The notes: a model not told the origin generated them from the letters alone. A stretch of 53,964 bases of DNA, filler included, from Catajapyx aquilonaris (GCA_000934665.2; 3 parts of 3 records of this genome joined end to end with filler, not necessarily neighbours in it); one strand, 5' to 3'; numbered from the whole stretch's first letter, positions 13,201 to 24,910 are shown. Numbers and translations: made by a program.

Positions 13201-14544
13201 CTTTCATTCAAAATATTATTAATAGCTGTAGTTCGTGATAGCTATTTAAAGGACCAGTGTGAAAGCTACTGCAGAAACGTATTGCTTAGTACCCAAATCT
13301 ATAACTGAAACAAACATTTAATGACAGAATATTACCTAAGCCAAGACTAAGTACAGGATATTCTTCTCTTAATTTTATTTACTTGTTCAGACACAGTACA
13401 CTTGTAAATCATCTGAGCCAAAAGGGATAAATCATAAAAAATATTTAACAAAATCGAGTTTTTGTCTTGCTTGTATAGTGCACGCCAGAGAGAATGTAAC
13501 TAAGGGCAAAGATATCCCAGAAATTAAGCGAAGAAGGTTATTGGCTCGAGTAATTTATTATTAACTAATAATTATGATGGTTAATATTTTTTTGGAATAT
13601 GGGGCATTCATTTGTCCTGCATATTCTTTACACTCGTGTATTTAAATATTTAGGCCAACGATGTCGTTGTCTTTATTTGGAAAAATTGATAAGACTAAAA
13701 TCACCTTTTTCCGAACATCTCCGTCATTTTATTACCTAGTGTATTTTCGCAAAAATAATATTACAATTGAAAGGCGAGAATAAAAATGGCCCAAGTCCGG
13801 ATTTTTTTCCCCAAATTGAGATATTGGTTGGTAAGACAGTGTTCAGCTCGTGAAGAGGCGCCAGGAAAGAGTTTGACTATGGCCTAATTCCCATTGGATC
13901 TCATAAAAACATCCACTTCAATTTAGGCATTCCATTCAGAAAAAAAGCTCTAGTCAGGCAACATAAAATGCTGTTACCAGTCTCAGAATGTACTGAAGGA
14001 AACACCAGGTGATTGGTGATCAGCTCTGAAGGTACCGGTATATGCAGGATATTGCCTGGGAAGATTGTAAATAAACTGCTTCAATAGTGTAAAATTACGT
14101 CTTTCTGCCTCCCATATAAGGTACGCCTCGTATACGTCCTTATATCATTTTCACATATTCAGTTTCATGACTCTCAATTTGTTGTGTGCCGGCATATTTA
14201 CGATGTGGATGCATGTTTTTTTAAATATTTAGATTGAGGTATATATAGTCACGGCGGCGTGCCACAGTAATTACGCTTTATTTATCTACTATTGGAAAGA
14301 GAAGGGATTAAGCAGGGCATGTCATTCGTCAAACAATGGTAGACGCGTGTGGTGTGCCATACAAGTACATGATAATTTCTATATCACCATTGTTAACTGA
14401 GTAAAAACTAAATTTGTTTCCACATACCGAATTTACAAGCCACAATTCAAATAGGCAACCTTTCATGCTTTCCTAACCGCTTGTGAATTGTGGCATATGC
14501 AGTTTCACCGATGAACGTATTAACCGTACTAGTTATTGGTAAGA

Positions 14545-14778
14545 TAGCAGTACTGTGACGTAGTGGTTAGACAGCCTTATACTTCGGAAGTCCCGAGTTT
14601 GATCTCCGGATCGGACAGAGGAATTCCTCACGTTTCGATGGTATAGCGTGAGTTTCTTCGGGATTGTCCCGTTTCCTGACTTTCCTCCGACTGCCAAAGT
14701 CGAGCACTAATTAATAAAATCGAGGATTTAAAAGAGCAAATCCCTATAATGCCGGGTAAACCCCAGAGTTACCCTTCG

Positions 14779-14840
<62 letters not shown>

Positions 14841-14841
14841 G
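14545..14841 (+). mobile_element. Degenerate tRNA-derived SINE (related to the copy at 39564) ending in (GTT)21
   Basis: Head GTGACGTAGTGGTTAG..GTCCCGAGTTTGATCTCCGGATCGGACAGAGG aligns by eye with the 39564 SINE head. (GTT)21 at 14778-14840. No clear TSD. Confidence 0.6.
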
Positions 14842-17800
14842 AAACACACGTAACCGTGAACCCGCTGTCGAAGATAGTGTAACCTGGCATGAATTGCAAT
14901 TATAACTCACCCAACAGCGTGGTTCAATATTGTGTTGCACAATAACTACAAGCCTCCCTCGACGTAACTGTAGGCTACCTGGACTATTACTGTCGCTTGA
15001 GCTGTTACATACATTATAAGTTATTTGTGAGAGACATCAAAGTAACATAGAATTCCCAATATATCCATCCCTGCGACTCTGCTATGGTCCAGTGATGAAG
15101 AACATACTGTAAGGGGAATTCATTGAAGACCTCCGAACTGTTGCTCAGTATAGGCTACAGTCATGTAGTCAAGTTATCACTCACATAATGATCAAATATT
15201 AAGGGAAAAATATACTTCTATTGGTACCATGTTCTGCGAAGTACAATTTTCCTACTAAAAATAAGATAAAATTTAAGGAGTTTAATGTTTAAAAATATAT
15301 ATCTTCATTTGCTTTTGAGATGATGGAAAAAGGTGTGCCGGGAACACAATGGTAAGATATAGGGGCGAGGTAAAATGCTTCATAACAATAACTCTATAGT
15401 AACGATGACTTCTTCGTAATTAATTGAGACTGTATTTTGTAAGAACTTCAACAGCAGCAGCAGCAACAACAACAACAGATCAAGCTCATTTTCGTTCCTC
15501 AAAGCAATGCAACAACCCCAAAAAAATGATTATTTTGAAGTTACTTTTGATTTTCATCTCACCCTGGTGCATCGTCAGCTACAGTATAATGACCTTGGCA
15601 AGTTGAATCACCCTGCATATACCCTGTGCAACAGCCCTATCAGTTCTCAATAATAAGTTGTCAATTGTAACCCTCAATACAGGATACAGTCAGTCACAGT
15701 ACATACGGTATCTAGTTTCACTTGCCCAGCACTGAGCAAGAATTATCGAGTTTTCTCAGGAAAATTTACAACTCGTAAATGACAACTGTGGTTCTGTATT
15801 TCCCACTCACAATGACTCTCCATATTGGTCCCGCCCTATACACTGATCAGATCCAATCGTACATGCACAACCAACCGTCAAAAATTTGTCTTCACATCAA
15901 AAGCTAGTTTAAAAAATCCCTTGCAGCATGCTATTTACCCAAGAAATCATGTGCAGCATATTGCCCAGCTGGGCCCACGTTGTTGCAAATCCAAGATGGG
16001 GGCCTGAGAGCGGGGCCATGTGCAGGAAGGTTATTGACCCCGCGCCCACAATGGCCCCCGTGAGTTCACTGACACTGCCATCCATGCAGGCCTGTATTTC
16101 ACTGTCAAGAGGCAGCCCACCCTACCCCACCCCGCCTTACAGATGGTGGAGATTTTTTCCTCCTGCCTTTTGTCTTCCTCAAGGCATTTTTGCTGAATTG
16201 AATGACGGGGGCTCCCCCGCTTTTTTTCCTTTTCGGCCATTACAACTCCGCTGATGGAGCTCTCCTTAATGAGCTCATGATGAAGCTTAAGCTTGTGATG
16301 ATGGGCTTATCAGCATTATGTTCTAATTGGGATAATCAGAGCTGCCTGTTGGGTTCTCAAGAAGTCAGTCCACTTATCTGGTTCTTTTCGACCATTTTAG
16401 ATGCGGATTCCGATGCCAACTAGGAGCTCCAGATATTTTTGCCTGATTCAAACTAAATAACCCTAGATTATCCCTAAATACTTATTATTCAATTAATGGG
16501 ATTTAATTCCCAGCCTGTTTCTTTGAGTCGAGACGTACGTCTCTCGTTGGGTAACTGGAAGAGGCCAAAGAGCCCATTAGCAGACATTGGGGGGTTCTTC
16601 CGTAATTAAACAGGGGGGTAACATTTAATTTGTTGCCTATCCAGTCCTTGCTCCTTATAGAAGATTCTGCTGATAATGGTTAAACGGCTTGCCAGAGCTG
16701 CTGTGATGAAAAACGATGTGCAGACCGGATGACTGCCATGAGAATAGAGATATGATACAAAGGATTTTTTTTTTTGAAAAAAAAAACTTATTCAGGCCCA
16801 TTTACAAAAACTCCCAAAAAGGCTGCTCGCTTCTTTATCATACCAATATTCCACTTTCAATAACATGAAATTTTTTACCAGAAAAATATCACATTCTGCA
16901 ATTTTCTAATGGCAAGAGTCACATTTCTGTAAGATGTTATATTCTCACCCCTCATTAATTTAGCTGCCTTGGCATATTAGCATACCTCATCATGACACAA
17001 GCCTCATTCCAGCCCCTGTTGTGGCAGGTTCCTAACCACGAGGTGTAAATGGGTATTTCTGAGCTTACCGCCTTGCATCCGGAAGCGCAACTGGAAGACG
17101 GCGATAAGATTGTCTTCTCATTATCAGCGATTATTCTTGAGAGACGTTACACGCCACCCTATATGCAATGCAGCTGTATCTCCCTTACCCTAATTTGCCT
17201 GCCTCCAAGTGCATAATTAATAATTTCAGAGAGGGTGGGGGAGACAAGTAATTAGGACCTTGGCGTACAAGCCCACACTTGATGGTGGATATTATACCAA
17301 ACGCTTATTTTGATTGGCTCGTTAGATATGTAACTAATATTTGAGCCATTTTGTTATTTCTTCTATCGGTAGGCCTATGTGACTATGTGTCATATATATT
17401 TTCTCACACAAAAAAGTTCCTTGAGGAAGTGAGGGCGCAGCTGCATGCAAAAAAACACCCATACAGACCAACCAACCAAAATTCGTGCGGGCTATTTACA
17501 CTCGTGGGATGCGCTGCCTCGTTAGAATATGAAAAGGCGCACCCCAAGAAAAGGGGAGCTTCATTTATGGGGTGGGGGGTGGTGGGGTAGGGAGGTGGGG
17601 AGGAAAATTAACAGCCGTGATGGCAGTTAGACTTAAGTGAGCCGTTGGATAGAATTTGCATAGGCAAATGTTCACGGCCGGCTTGACCTCACATAACCTA
17701 ATCTTGTGATGGACGGGGGAATGAAGGTGGGGAGTGGAGAAAGGTGGGGCCAATTTTTTTCCCCCCCCCAGACTTTTGAAAGTTTTTGTCTGTTTTAACC

Positions 17801-17845
17801 AGAAGATTGGACATTCGTAATGTATATTAGTTGATTATATAATTC

Positions 17846-17945
17846 NNNNNNNNNNNNNNNNNNNNNNNNNNNNNNNNNNNNNNNNNNNNTTAATTAATTA
17901 ANNNNNNNNNNNNNNNNNNNNNNNNNNNNNNNNNNNNNNNNNNNN
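17846..17945. other. Artificial contig-joining spacer N44-TTAATTAATTAA-N44
   Basis: Exactly 100 nt. The central 12-mer gives stops in all six frames. Identical to the spacer at 36031-36130. Confidence 0.97.
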
Positions 17946-18596
17946 TTTATGCTCACACTTGCCCTGACTTGACCATCAATTCAAATGGATTTCTGTTGGA
18001 ATTTGTCTGCCTGCAAATCTGGAATATGTTGACAATGATAATTTTCACAAAGTCCTGCGGTTATCATAAATCACTTATTGTCACCTCCATGACACCAGTT
18101 GAAAATAATCTGCATTTTGGGCAATAAGTATGGAATGTATATGGTTGTATTTATAAAAGTGCAGTAGCTTTTGTTGACATTCACCTTGTCAAGAAAATAA
18201 CATTTTATCATTACCTCAATACCTGATAAAGTGATAATAAAACAAACATTCATACTTTGCTTCGAAAGGCATTTGTTCATACTCTCTCTGTCCCTTGCAC
18301 TAGAAATCAATTGATCACAAAATCAGCTAAACAAGATGGCAGACCTTCGGCTGAAACCAAGTGGGGCCGTCGGAGCCCAGATATGGTAGTCCACGTACCG
18401 CAATTGAAAACCGAAACAACTCCCTTCCGAAGCGTTTCAATGACAAAATCTCATCAATGTGGACAACATAACCTAAAGGTTATTTTCCTCGACAAGTGTC
18501 CACGTACTCAATATAACAATAGGAAAAATAACACGCAAGAAAAGCACACGCATCATGCTGATCAATCAGGGGGAAAATTAATAAAATAGCACTCAC

Positions 18597-18831
18597 CATG
18601 GTCACTTGATGGAAGTTTCTTCTGTCCACACAACCTTGGCGAGGGTGTGTTTGCATTGAAGCTCAACCTACGATGGGCCGAATGCAAACTGGCCTCGCTC
18701 AGGTTGAGGGCCAAGTTGGTAACTGGCGAGAGACCGGTGGTGACATTCACAGGAGTGATCCCACTCACAGAGGAGGAGGAGGAGGATTTCGGGTTGGAGA
18801 AATCCAAGCGGGATCGGGCCGATTTGTCCAT
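18597..18831 (-). CDS. cdc25: Cdc25/string-like M-phase inducer phosphatase, first coding exon (gene cut by contig end)
   Basis: MDKSARSRLDF...GLSPVTNLALNLSEASL resembles the recalled CDC25A N-terminus (RRRLLF...GLSPVTNLTVTMDQL). Exon 18959-18597 is bounded by TTTTCTTCCCAACAG and G|GTGAGT. Putative 5'UTR exons at 20464-20232 and >=20553. The catalytic domain is not in the window. Confidence 0.7.
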
Positions 18832-19858
18832 GGTCAGAGAGGTGAAACCGGATGGAAATTAAGAGGGCGAAGGCTTTATGTTTTCTTGCAAAGACTGTTA
18901 GTGATTTCGGGTTAAAGTGAGGTGGGTGTGGTGAGTGGTTCCTGTGTCATAATAAAAGCCTGTTGGGAAGAAAATACAGCTCATTAAATTGGGATTACAT
19001 ACCAGCTAAAAAAATTTGATTTTGATTCGCTCCGAGGTTAACGACCCTGCCACATCAACTTCATGACTTTAAATTCTCACACTTTAATTCCCTACTACAC
19101 AAAATCCAAGTAAGTTGATGCCAATACTGATATATGTGCACATTTTGATAAGCTGTTTAGCCTGAATAAGTTCCATCATTTCCACACTCGGCCACATGGC
19201 TGCTTCGACAGTCCCAATATTCAATACCACCGCAGCACATCCATTAAAGTCAATATTGGCAGGCTACAAATGTGTTACCAAAAGCCACCAAACGCAATAC
19301 TAACATACTGAATTTTTGGCCAGTCCTCTAAGGTTAACTACGTAATTAACAAGGTTCACACTTTGCCATAAACATGAGGTGATCCTTATGTCTTAATGTA
19401 GAAAAATTGTACTTGATCACAAGTTTCATACACACTGTCCGGAGTAGAGTGAACCTAGTCTAGGCCTAGTCAGCCGCTCAGTTGTAAGGCAACTACCAAC
19501 CCAGACATCTAACTGGATGATTTAAGTGTCATCACAAGATAATTTTTGTTGGCTCCATACAAAAGTATCCTCCATTTTGTTCTCCATGTAAAAATAAATG
19601 AATTTTGTCTCTGCACCACTCTGGACTAATTACCATGTGCCTAGAAGCCATTTTGGGTACCAAATCATGACTGTTTCAACTTCACTCAAATCATGCAAAC
19701 TATTCCACACCGAGCCATTCAGCATACCATAAATTAACCCCTGGTTAAAGCACTGCCTACGCACACAATAATCATTTTCGCCACATATAAAGTGAAGCCC
19801 ACATCGCTCACGTACTGTACATCAATTTAATAAATAATTTCAATGCCTAAAAAGAGCA

Positions 19859-19982
19859 TCACTAGTGAGTTTCTCAATGGAACAACAATTTTTAATGCTC
19901 TTCTTGTGATGCTTTTTACCAACAAAAAAAAGCATCACAAGATCATTAAAAATTGATGTTCCATTGAGAAACTCACTAGTGA
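19859..19982. repeat. 124-nt hairpin/inverted duplication in a cdc25 intron
   Basis: TCACTAGTGAGTTTCTCAATGGAAC..TCTTGTGATGCTTTTT pairs with AAAAAGCATCACAAGA..GTTCCATTGAGAAACTCACTAGTGA around a short loop. Confidence 0.9.
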
Positions 19983-20552
19983 AAATTTTTCCCCCCTACT
20001 AAACACCACAATTTGCTTATTTAAAAAAAATAATTAGGCAGCCATCAAACCCGAACCAATTTTACCTTCAAAAAATCGTGTCAATTGAACCCTTTAAAAA
20101 ATAAAAAAATAACTATGCACAATCTCCAGTAAAAATCCAACATAACCTGAGGCCATTGACACCAAGTCCCTTCCTTTTTTTTTGTTACATTTTTTTTTTT
20201 TTTTTGAGAATTAATTTCTTTCAACTCTTACCTCGAGTGTGTGTTGGTGGACTGGTGGTCGTTCTGTACTCTTTGTCTTTGTCTTTACTTATTTTTTAAT
20301 AATTAAAATTAAAAAAGTCCGAGTAGAGTCCGACTGGAGCGGCTCAACTCCGGAGGAGCACCACCCGCCCCTTCCAACAGACGGTTTCAAACGAACGAGA
20401 CTTCCCCTCTAGCAACCTCACTGAGGCAACCCAGTGGAGACCCCTCTCGGACGATCATCAAAACCTGAAATTATTAACACATGAAAAAAATGCAAAATTT
20501 CTATTTAAAAAATAATTATAAAATTAGATCGAATTATTAAATTGTACATTAC

Positions 20553-21255
20553 ATAAAATCGAATGTGATTTTTTTGAGGGTCGATGACCTCTCGCTATTG
20601 GCAATGCGGGAGCCATCTACCGACACTTTTTAATACTTAATAATTCCGCGGGGAATTTTTTTTTGTTCCGAACTGATGCAATTGAAAGTAATTATATGTG
20701 AACTAATTAAATAGCCTGGTTTGCTAAAATATTCGGTTAGAATCATTAATATAGTGGGTGATTAGTTAAGCCATTATGTACCTGACATCCCTGTACATCC
20801 GATCTAAACCAATCGAATGAGTGATCGCAACAATTCGGACCAATCACAGCTGACATCCCTACACACGCGCATGTGCATTGAACTCCAACAATACGCTGGT
20901 CAACAATACATTTTTTTTAAAAAAAATGTAATGAGCCACAATACAAATTACAATTAGGTGTAATTACATGTTGCGGCTTATAGCAAGTGTGGATACCCCC
21001 TGATACCCCCTCTTTTTGTTGCTGTATGCTCCATGGTGGTGTCCCACCTGTCACCCTGCTGGAATTTGGCGCTCAGAAGCACCACAGAGGCACAGACAGA
21101 GGCACCCGACCGACGCCTCTCTATAAAATCATTGTCTGGGCGTCACTTCCAGAGGCCTGAAGAAGAGCCTATTGCATAGTTAGGCTTGTAAATATTAGTT
21201 TTGGTAGCACATTCCAGAGTGACCCCCACAGGCCTAGTGTGACCTGACCCCGAGG
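20553..21255. promoter_or_regulatory. Putative bidirectional cdc25/SLBP promoter with CCAAT boxes and an E2F-type site
   Basis: ATTGG 20597-20601; CCAAT 20809-20813 and 20840-20844; TTTGGCGC 21065-21072; TATAAAA 21122-21128. Lies between two divergent genes. Confidence 0.55.
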
Positions 21256-23748
21256 ATGTCCAAGAGGACCATGGCCACTCGGTCTACTGCAGCCAAGGAT
21301 GGCCGTGCTGAGGAGGACCAGGACTGGAGGACCCACCGGAAGAGGTCCAGAGATGAGGCTGAGTCGTTGGAGCGACCCTTCCATGGGTTCGCTCGCAGCG
21401 ACAGGCAGAACAGGGACGCTAAGAGGTGCGGTTTCCAACATAGATAATGTATGAATTGCAATAATGTTGCTAATATAATCACATTGCTTGCAGGGAAGAA
21501 GGAGAGAACAAAGAAAGGAAGTCTTGGTTTGACATTGTCGAAGAGGAAGAGCAGGAAATGCAGAGGGTGCAGGAGGAAAAGGAGGCGTCGGCGTAAGAAT
21601 AATTTTAGTGTAAACTAGCAGGTTACCCGGCGTTGCCCGGGTATGTTGGGGTGCTGGTAAAGGTCGGGGTACATATACAGTATTTTAGGAAGTGTGTTTG
21701 TTTGTAAAAATTTCCCTTCCATAAACTCGAAACTCGATATGTCTTAAAATAGGCCTTATAAGTTGCAATAAGCCAAAGTTTGTCACTCTCTGTGATAGAT
21801 TACCTGCTTGTCTCATAGCGTATGTAGTCGACACTGATATTCTGATTGGATGTGTAAAAAGAGGAATGCAGATGGAGTTGGCCCAGGAAAAGACTGCACA
21901 GCCATGTGTTTTCCCCCCCTGCATTTTTGACCCCTTGACCCTCCAACTCCACTTCACACCCTCACCTCGTTCCATATGTTTGCTCTGAAGAAATTTAGAA
22001 ATGTACGTACAGATCTCGGTACAGATGCATGGTGGGTATGGAGAACTTCGAGTTATAGCAATTCGAGTTAGGGAAGTTTATTTCCTATTATTTTACATTG
22101 TGACCAACCAAGCTCATCATTTTCTTCGACTTAGGGAAGTTCGACTTATGGGAGTTTTACTGATATTTTATTGTACTTATTTTTGTCTGGAAGTCTAGTT
22201 GCAAATTCCACAAAATCCCGGAATGACCATAATTATGATACGAACTAACGTGAGGTGGCCAATTAGCGCAATTGGTGGATGTGTTGAATTTACGGCAATG
22301 CTTTAATTTCCTATAGGTATTGTTGCATAAGGGCATTTCCATGGGAATATGAATTGATATATTGTTATTTGATGTTTATGTAAGTTAATTGTTGAGACCC
22401 GTGAAGTGAGAAGATTCGGGAATATGCATGTTGTGGGAATTAGGTTCATTTTCGGAAGCTGAAACATGCGGCGTTAGATTCCTTGGAAAATGTAACCCCC
22501 GATATGCTAATTTAAGGCGGTGTAGGAGCCTTCCCCTGGATTTCTATAGGGGACAAACAAACTGACAAACTTCCTTATTTATAGATATAGAGATTTTAAC
22601 GATTTTAGCCGGTGGGCCAGGAAAGGCAGCCGAATGAAAATGTTGGAAGCCGACAAAATGGTGGCCATATTTACTGAGGACTCAAGTTGCAGGATGGAAC
22701 ATACTGTGGCTTTCAGAATGAATTTAAATTTGTTTTAAATTTGCTTTTGCAGGAAACGGGCCTGTTCAGAAAATAGGAAGACCAGGACGTCCCGCTCCTT
22801 CGAGAAAGAGACGGACCCAATTGTGCTGGGAAGGCGACAGAAGCAAATCGACTACGGAAAGAATACCGTTGCGTATGATCGATACATTACTACTGTTCCC
22901 AAGTAAGTTCGCATGACGTGTCGAATGTACTTAGTTTTTGTCTTGATCTCTTGCAAATATTGTGATTACTTTTACAGAGAGAAGCGGACTTTGCCGCACC
23001 CCCGCACCCCCAACAAGTTCATGAAGTACAGCCGCCGTGCCTGGGATGGTGCCATTAGGGTGTGGCGCCAGCAGCTTCACCACTGGGATCCTCCAGAAGA
23101 GACCAACACTAACGACAGGTAGGAAGCATTTTATTTATCTTTATAAAACGCTGGGGACAAAGGTGGGCAGTGTTTGCAGCAACAGGATCGGAAAACTAAG
23201 TGTTGAATTCAAAGATATCTACCTTTGGAACTTACAAGTACATGAACACTATAACCGTACATGTATTCCAGAACAGTCCAGGAGTGCAAGTGCAGCATAA
23301 TATTAAAATCCATTTACACTTGCATCAAAGGCACAACTGAACAGAAAAGGTGTGACTGATATCGTATGTGGCGTGCATTGTAGTAACCATCGAGGCTGGG
23401 CACAAACTTGATGACAATATCTCGTGGCCTGTTTACCCAAAGACTTTGCGTTCATTCGACCACCCCTTCGAGTGGCGTGCCCTGAACTTTGGTTAATATT
23501 TCTTTTCCTAGGCTGCCTGCAACATTATATGAATTTCCTTCTTGATTTTCAGTGTTGGCTTTGAACTGGCAGGGATGCTGTTGGACCAAGAAGCATCTTG
23601 TGATACCCAGTCACCAAAGAAGAGGGCTGGTGACAATGGCAGAGTTGCGCTGCTACTGGATGGAGATAACGCATGCGAGGCTCATCTACCAACGAGTGAG
23701 GCTCCTGAAAAAACTGTTGAGCCCTCACCGAAAGATGCCACTGGTTAG
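21256..23748 (+). CDS. SLBP: Histone RNA hairpin (stem-loop) binding protein, 251 aa, 5 exons
   Basis: Exons 21256-21425, 21494-21592, 22753-22902, 22978-23118, 23553-23748 (756 nt, GT-AG introns, phases consistent). RNA-binding domain [26 protein letters not shown]...[42 protein letters not shown] resembles the DWxSAVEE translation-activation motif. Confidence 0.95.
21615..22593 (-). mobile_element. Non-autonomous Helitron (979 bp) in SLBP intron 2
   Basis: On the minus strand it starts A|TC (TCTCTATATCTATAAATAAG) and ends CTAG|T. Subterminal hairpin ACCCGG-CGTTGC-CCGGGT at 21625-21642. No TSD; inserted at an AT site. Confidence 0.85.
23404..23491 (+). ncRNA. Candidate intronic box C/D snoRNA
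   Basis: TGATGA 23409-23414 and CTGA 23482-23485, the latter 67 nt upstream of the 3' splice site. Internal ACCCAAAGACTTTG is complementary to the recalled 18S rRNA segment CAAAGTCTTTGGGT. Terminal stem is weak. Confidence 0.35.
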
Positions 23749-23914
23749 CCACCGGAAGATGAATTTTCGGATTTAAAAAAAAAAAAAAAGACTGAGTGAC
23801 ATTGTTTTTCGCAAATATCTCTACCGTGTGATATGGCTGTAGTGATCTCAGCAGCTCTTTCCTTTATGTTCAGTGTGTATAATCCATTTTTTCATTTAAA
23901 ATAAAAAAAAGTGA

Positions 23915-24910
23915 CTATCTTTTCAACAACATGATAATCTGCTCTAGTTTTTCGTCTTGCCGCCTTTCCAACAGATCCATCCTCTGATTAATCAGTTTCG
24001 TCAGCCTCCGCTCCATCTCGTCCATCTTGACGGTGACAAACACCTTCAGTTGCTCATCCACGTCTTTCTTGTTATCCGCATCCTTTCCATCCGAACTGAA
24101 CCTTCTCTCGCATGCGGACATGAAGGTAGCCATTTTCTGCGCTCCCGGTAACGCCGTTTCACACATGCTGAGGAAATTCTTCAGCTGTTGAGCACTAGCT
24201 TTAGTTCCAATTGCGGCACCAGTTTGGGGCAAATCCTTCAGGTTCACTTTGAAGCCATACAGCCACATTTGAGATGCTTGTCGTAACCCTGCGAACTACA
24301 TATCGGGACAGGTTAATCCCGATTGCGCTGTGCTGAATCGGACAGTAATGTCTCACCTTAACGGTACATTCAGGTACAGGCTGGTTGAAAATAGCGTCCG
24401 CTTGATACACCATCATTCCTTCAAAGTCGTCGAAGAAGTCGGCTCGTACGGTAAAAAGATATTCCTCGTTAGTCCCATACACCTCCAAGATTCTTGCCTG
24501 TAAAAAAAAGAGTGCGTTCTGAACAAAACGCTGTGAACAAACGGTACGGACCATACCTCCGACACGACTAGGATCCGACTAATTAATCCCGCATCAGCCT
24601 TCAACGTGACGGTACATAGATTTTGCTGCTCCTCATCACGACTTAGCAAAAGGCAGCTCTCAGGTGTTATAAACTCACTTATATCTCTGCAAAAAATAAA
24701 TATTTATTATTATTATTATAACATGTTTGTATGTTCTATAATGTGGTACCCTTTAGACTCCACATGTTGGACCGAACTTATTCTCGCGATGGCCATTGCT
24801 TCCTTCAGACTCCTTCCATCAGGCAGGATCCAATTTGAAGTCGCCGCAACCTGTGCCAGCCCCTGAGATTTAATCGAACGACAATTCGAATCAGACTTTT
24901 CGTCAGCCAT
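23915..24910 (-). CDS. C10orf88: C10orf88/PAAT (DUF4506) homologue, 270 aa, 4 exons
   Basis: Exons 24910-24750, 24686-24557, 24497-24357, 24295-23915 (813 nt; introns 63, 59, 61 nt). Motifs ISRILVVSEARILEVYGTNEEY, LPGAQK and KMDEMERRLTKLINQRMDLLERRQDEKLEQIIMLL parallel recalled human IASIGILSSARNMEVYLGEEY, SPGAQQ and NMELMEKKLMDYIDQRIHELQEHIDDKIALLLDLL. Confidence 0.88.

Noticed and set aside
14728..14940. Poly-Q, poly-I, poly-N, SL and ER repeat ORFs (14728, 25272, 25393, 32365, 32955, 50027)
   Set aside because: Translations of microsatellites.
18320..18465. Second C/D-like box pair (TGATGA...CTGA, minus strand) in the cdc25 intron
   Set aside because: No rRNA or snRNA complement that I can recognise and no terminal stem. 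Box motifs alone are too common.
22609..22700. Possible extra SLBP exon after the Helitron
   Set aside because: No phase-compatible donor. Exon 2 splices in frame directly to 22753.
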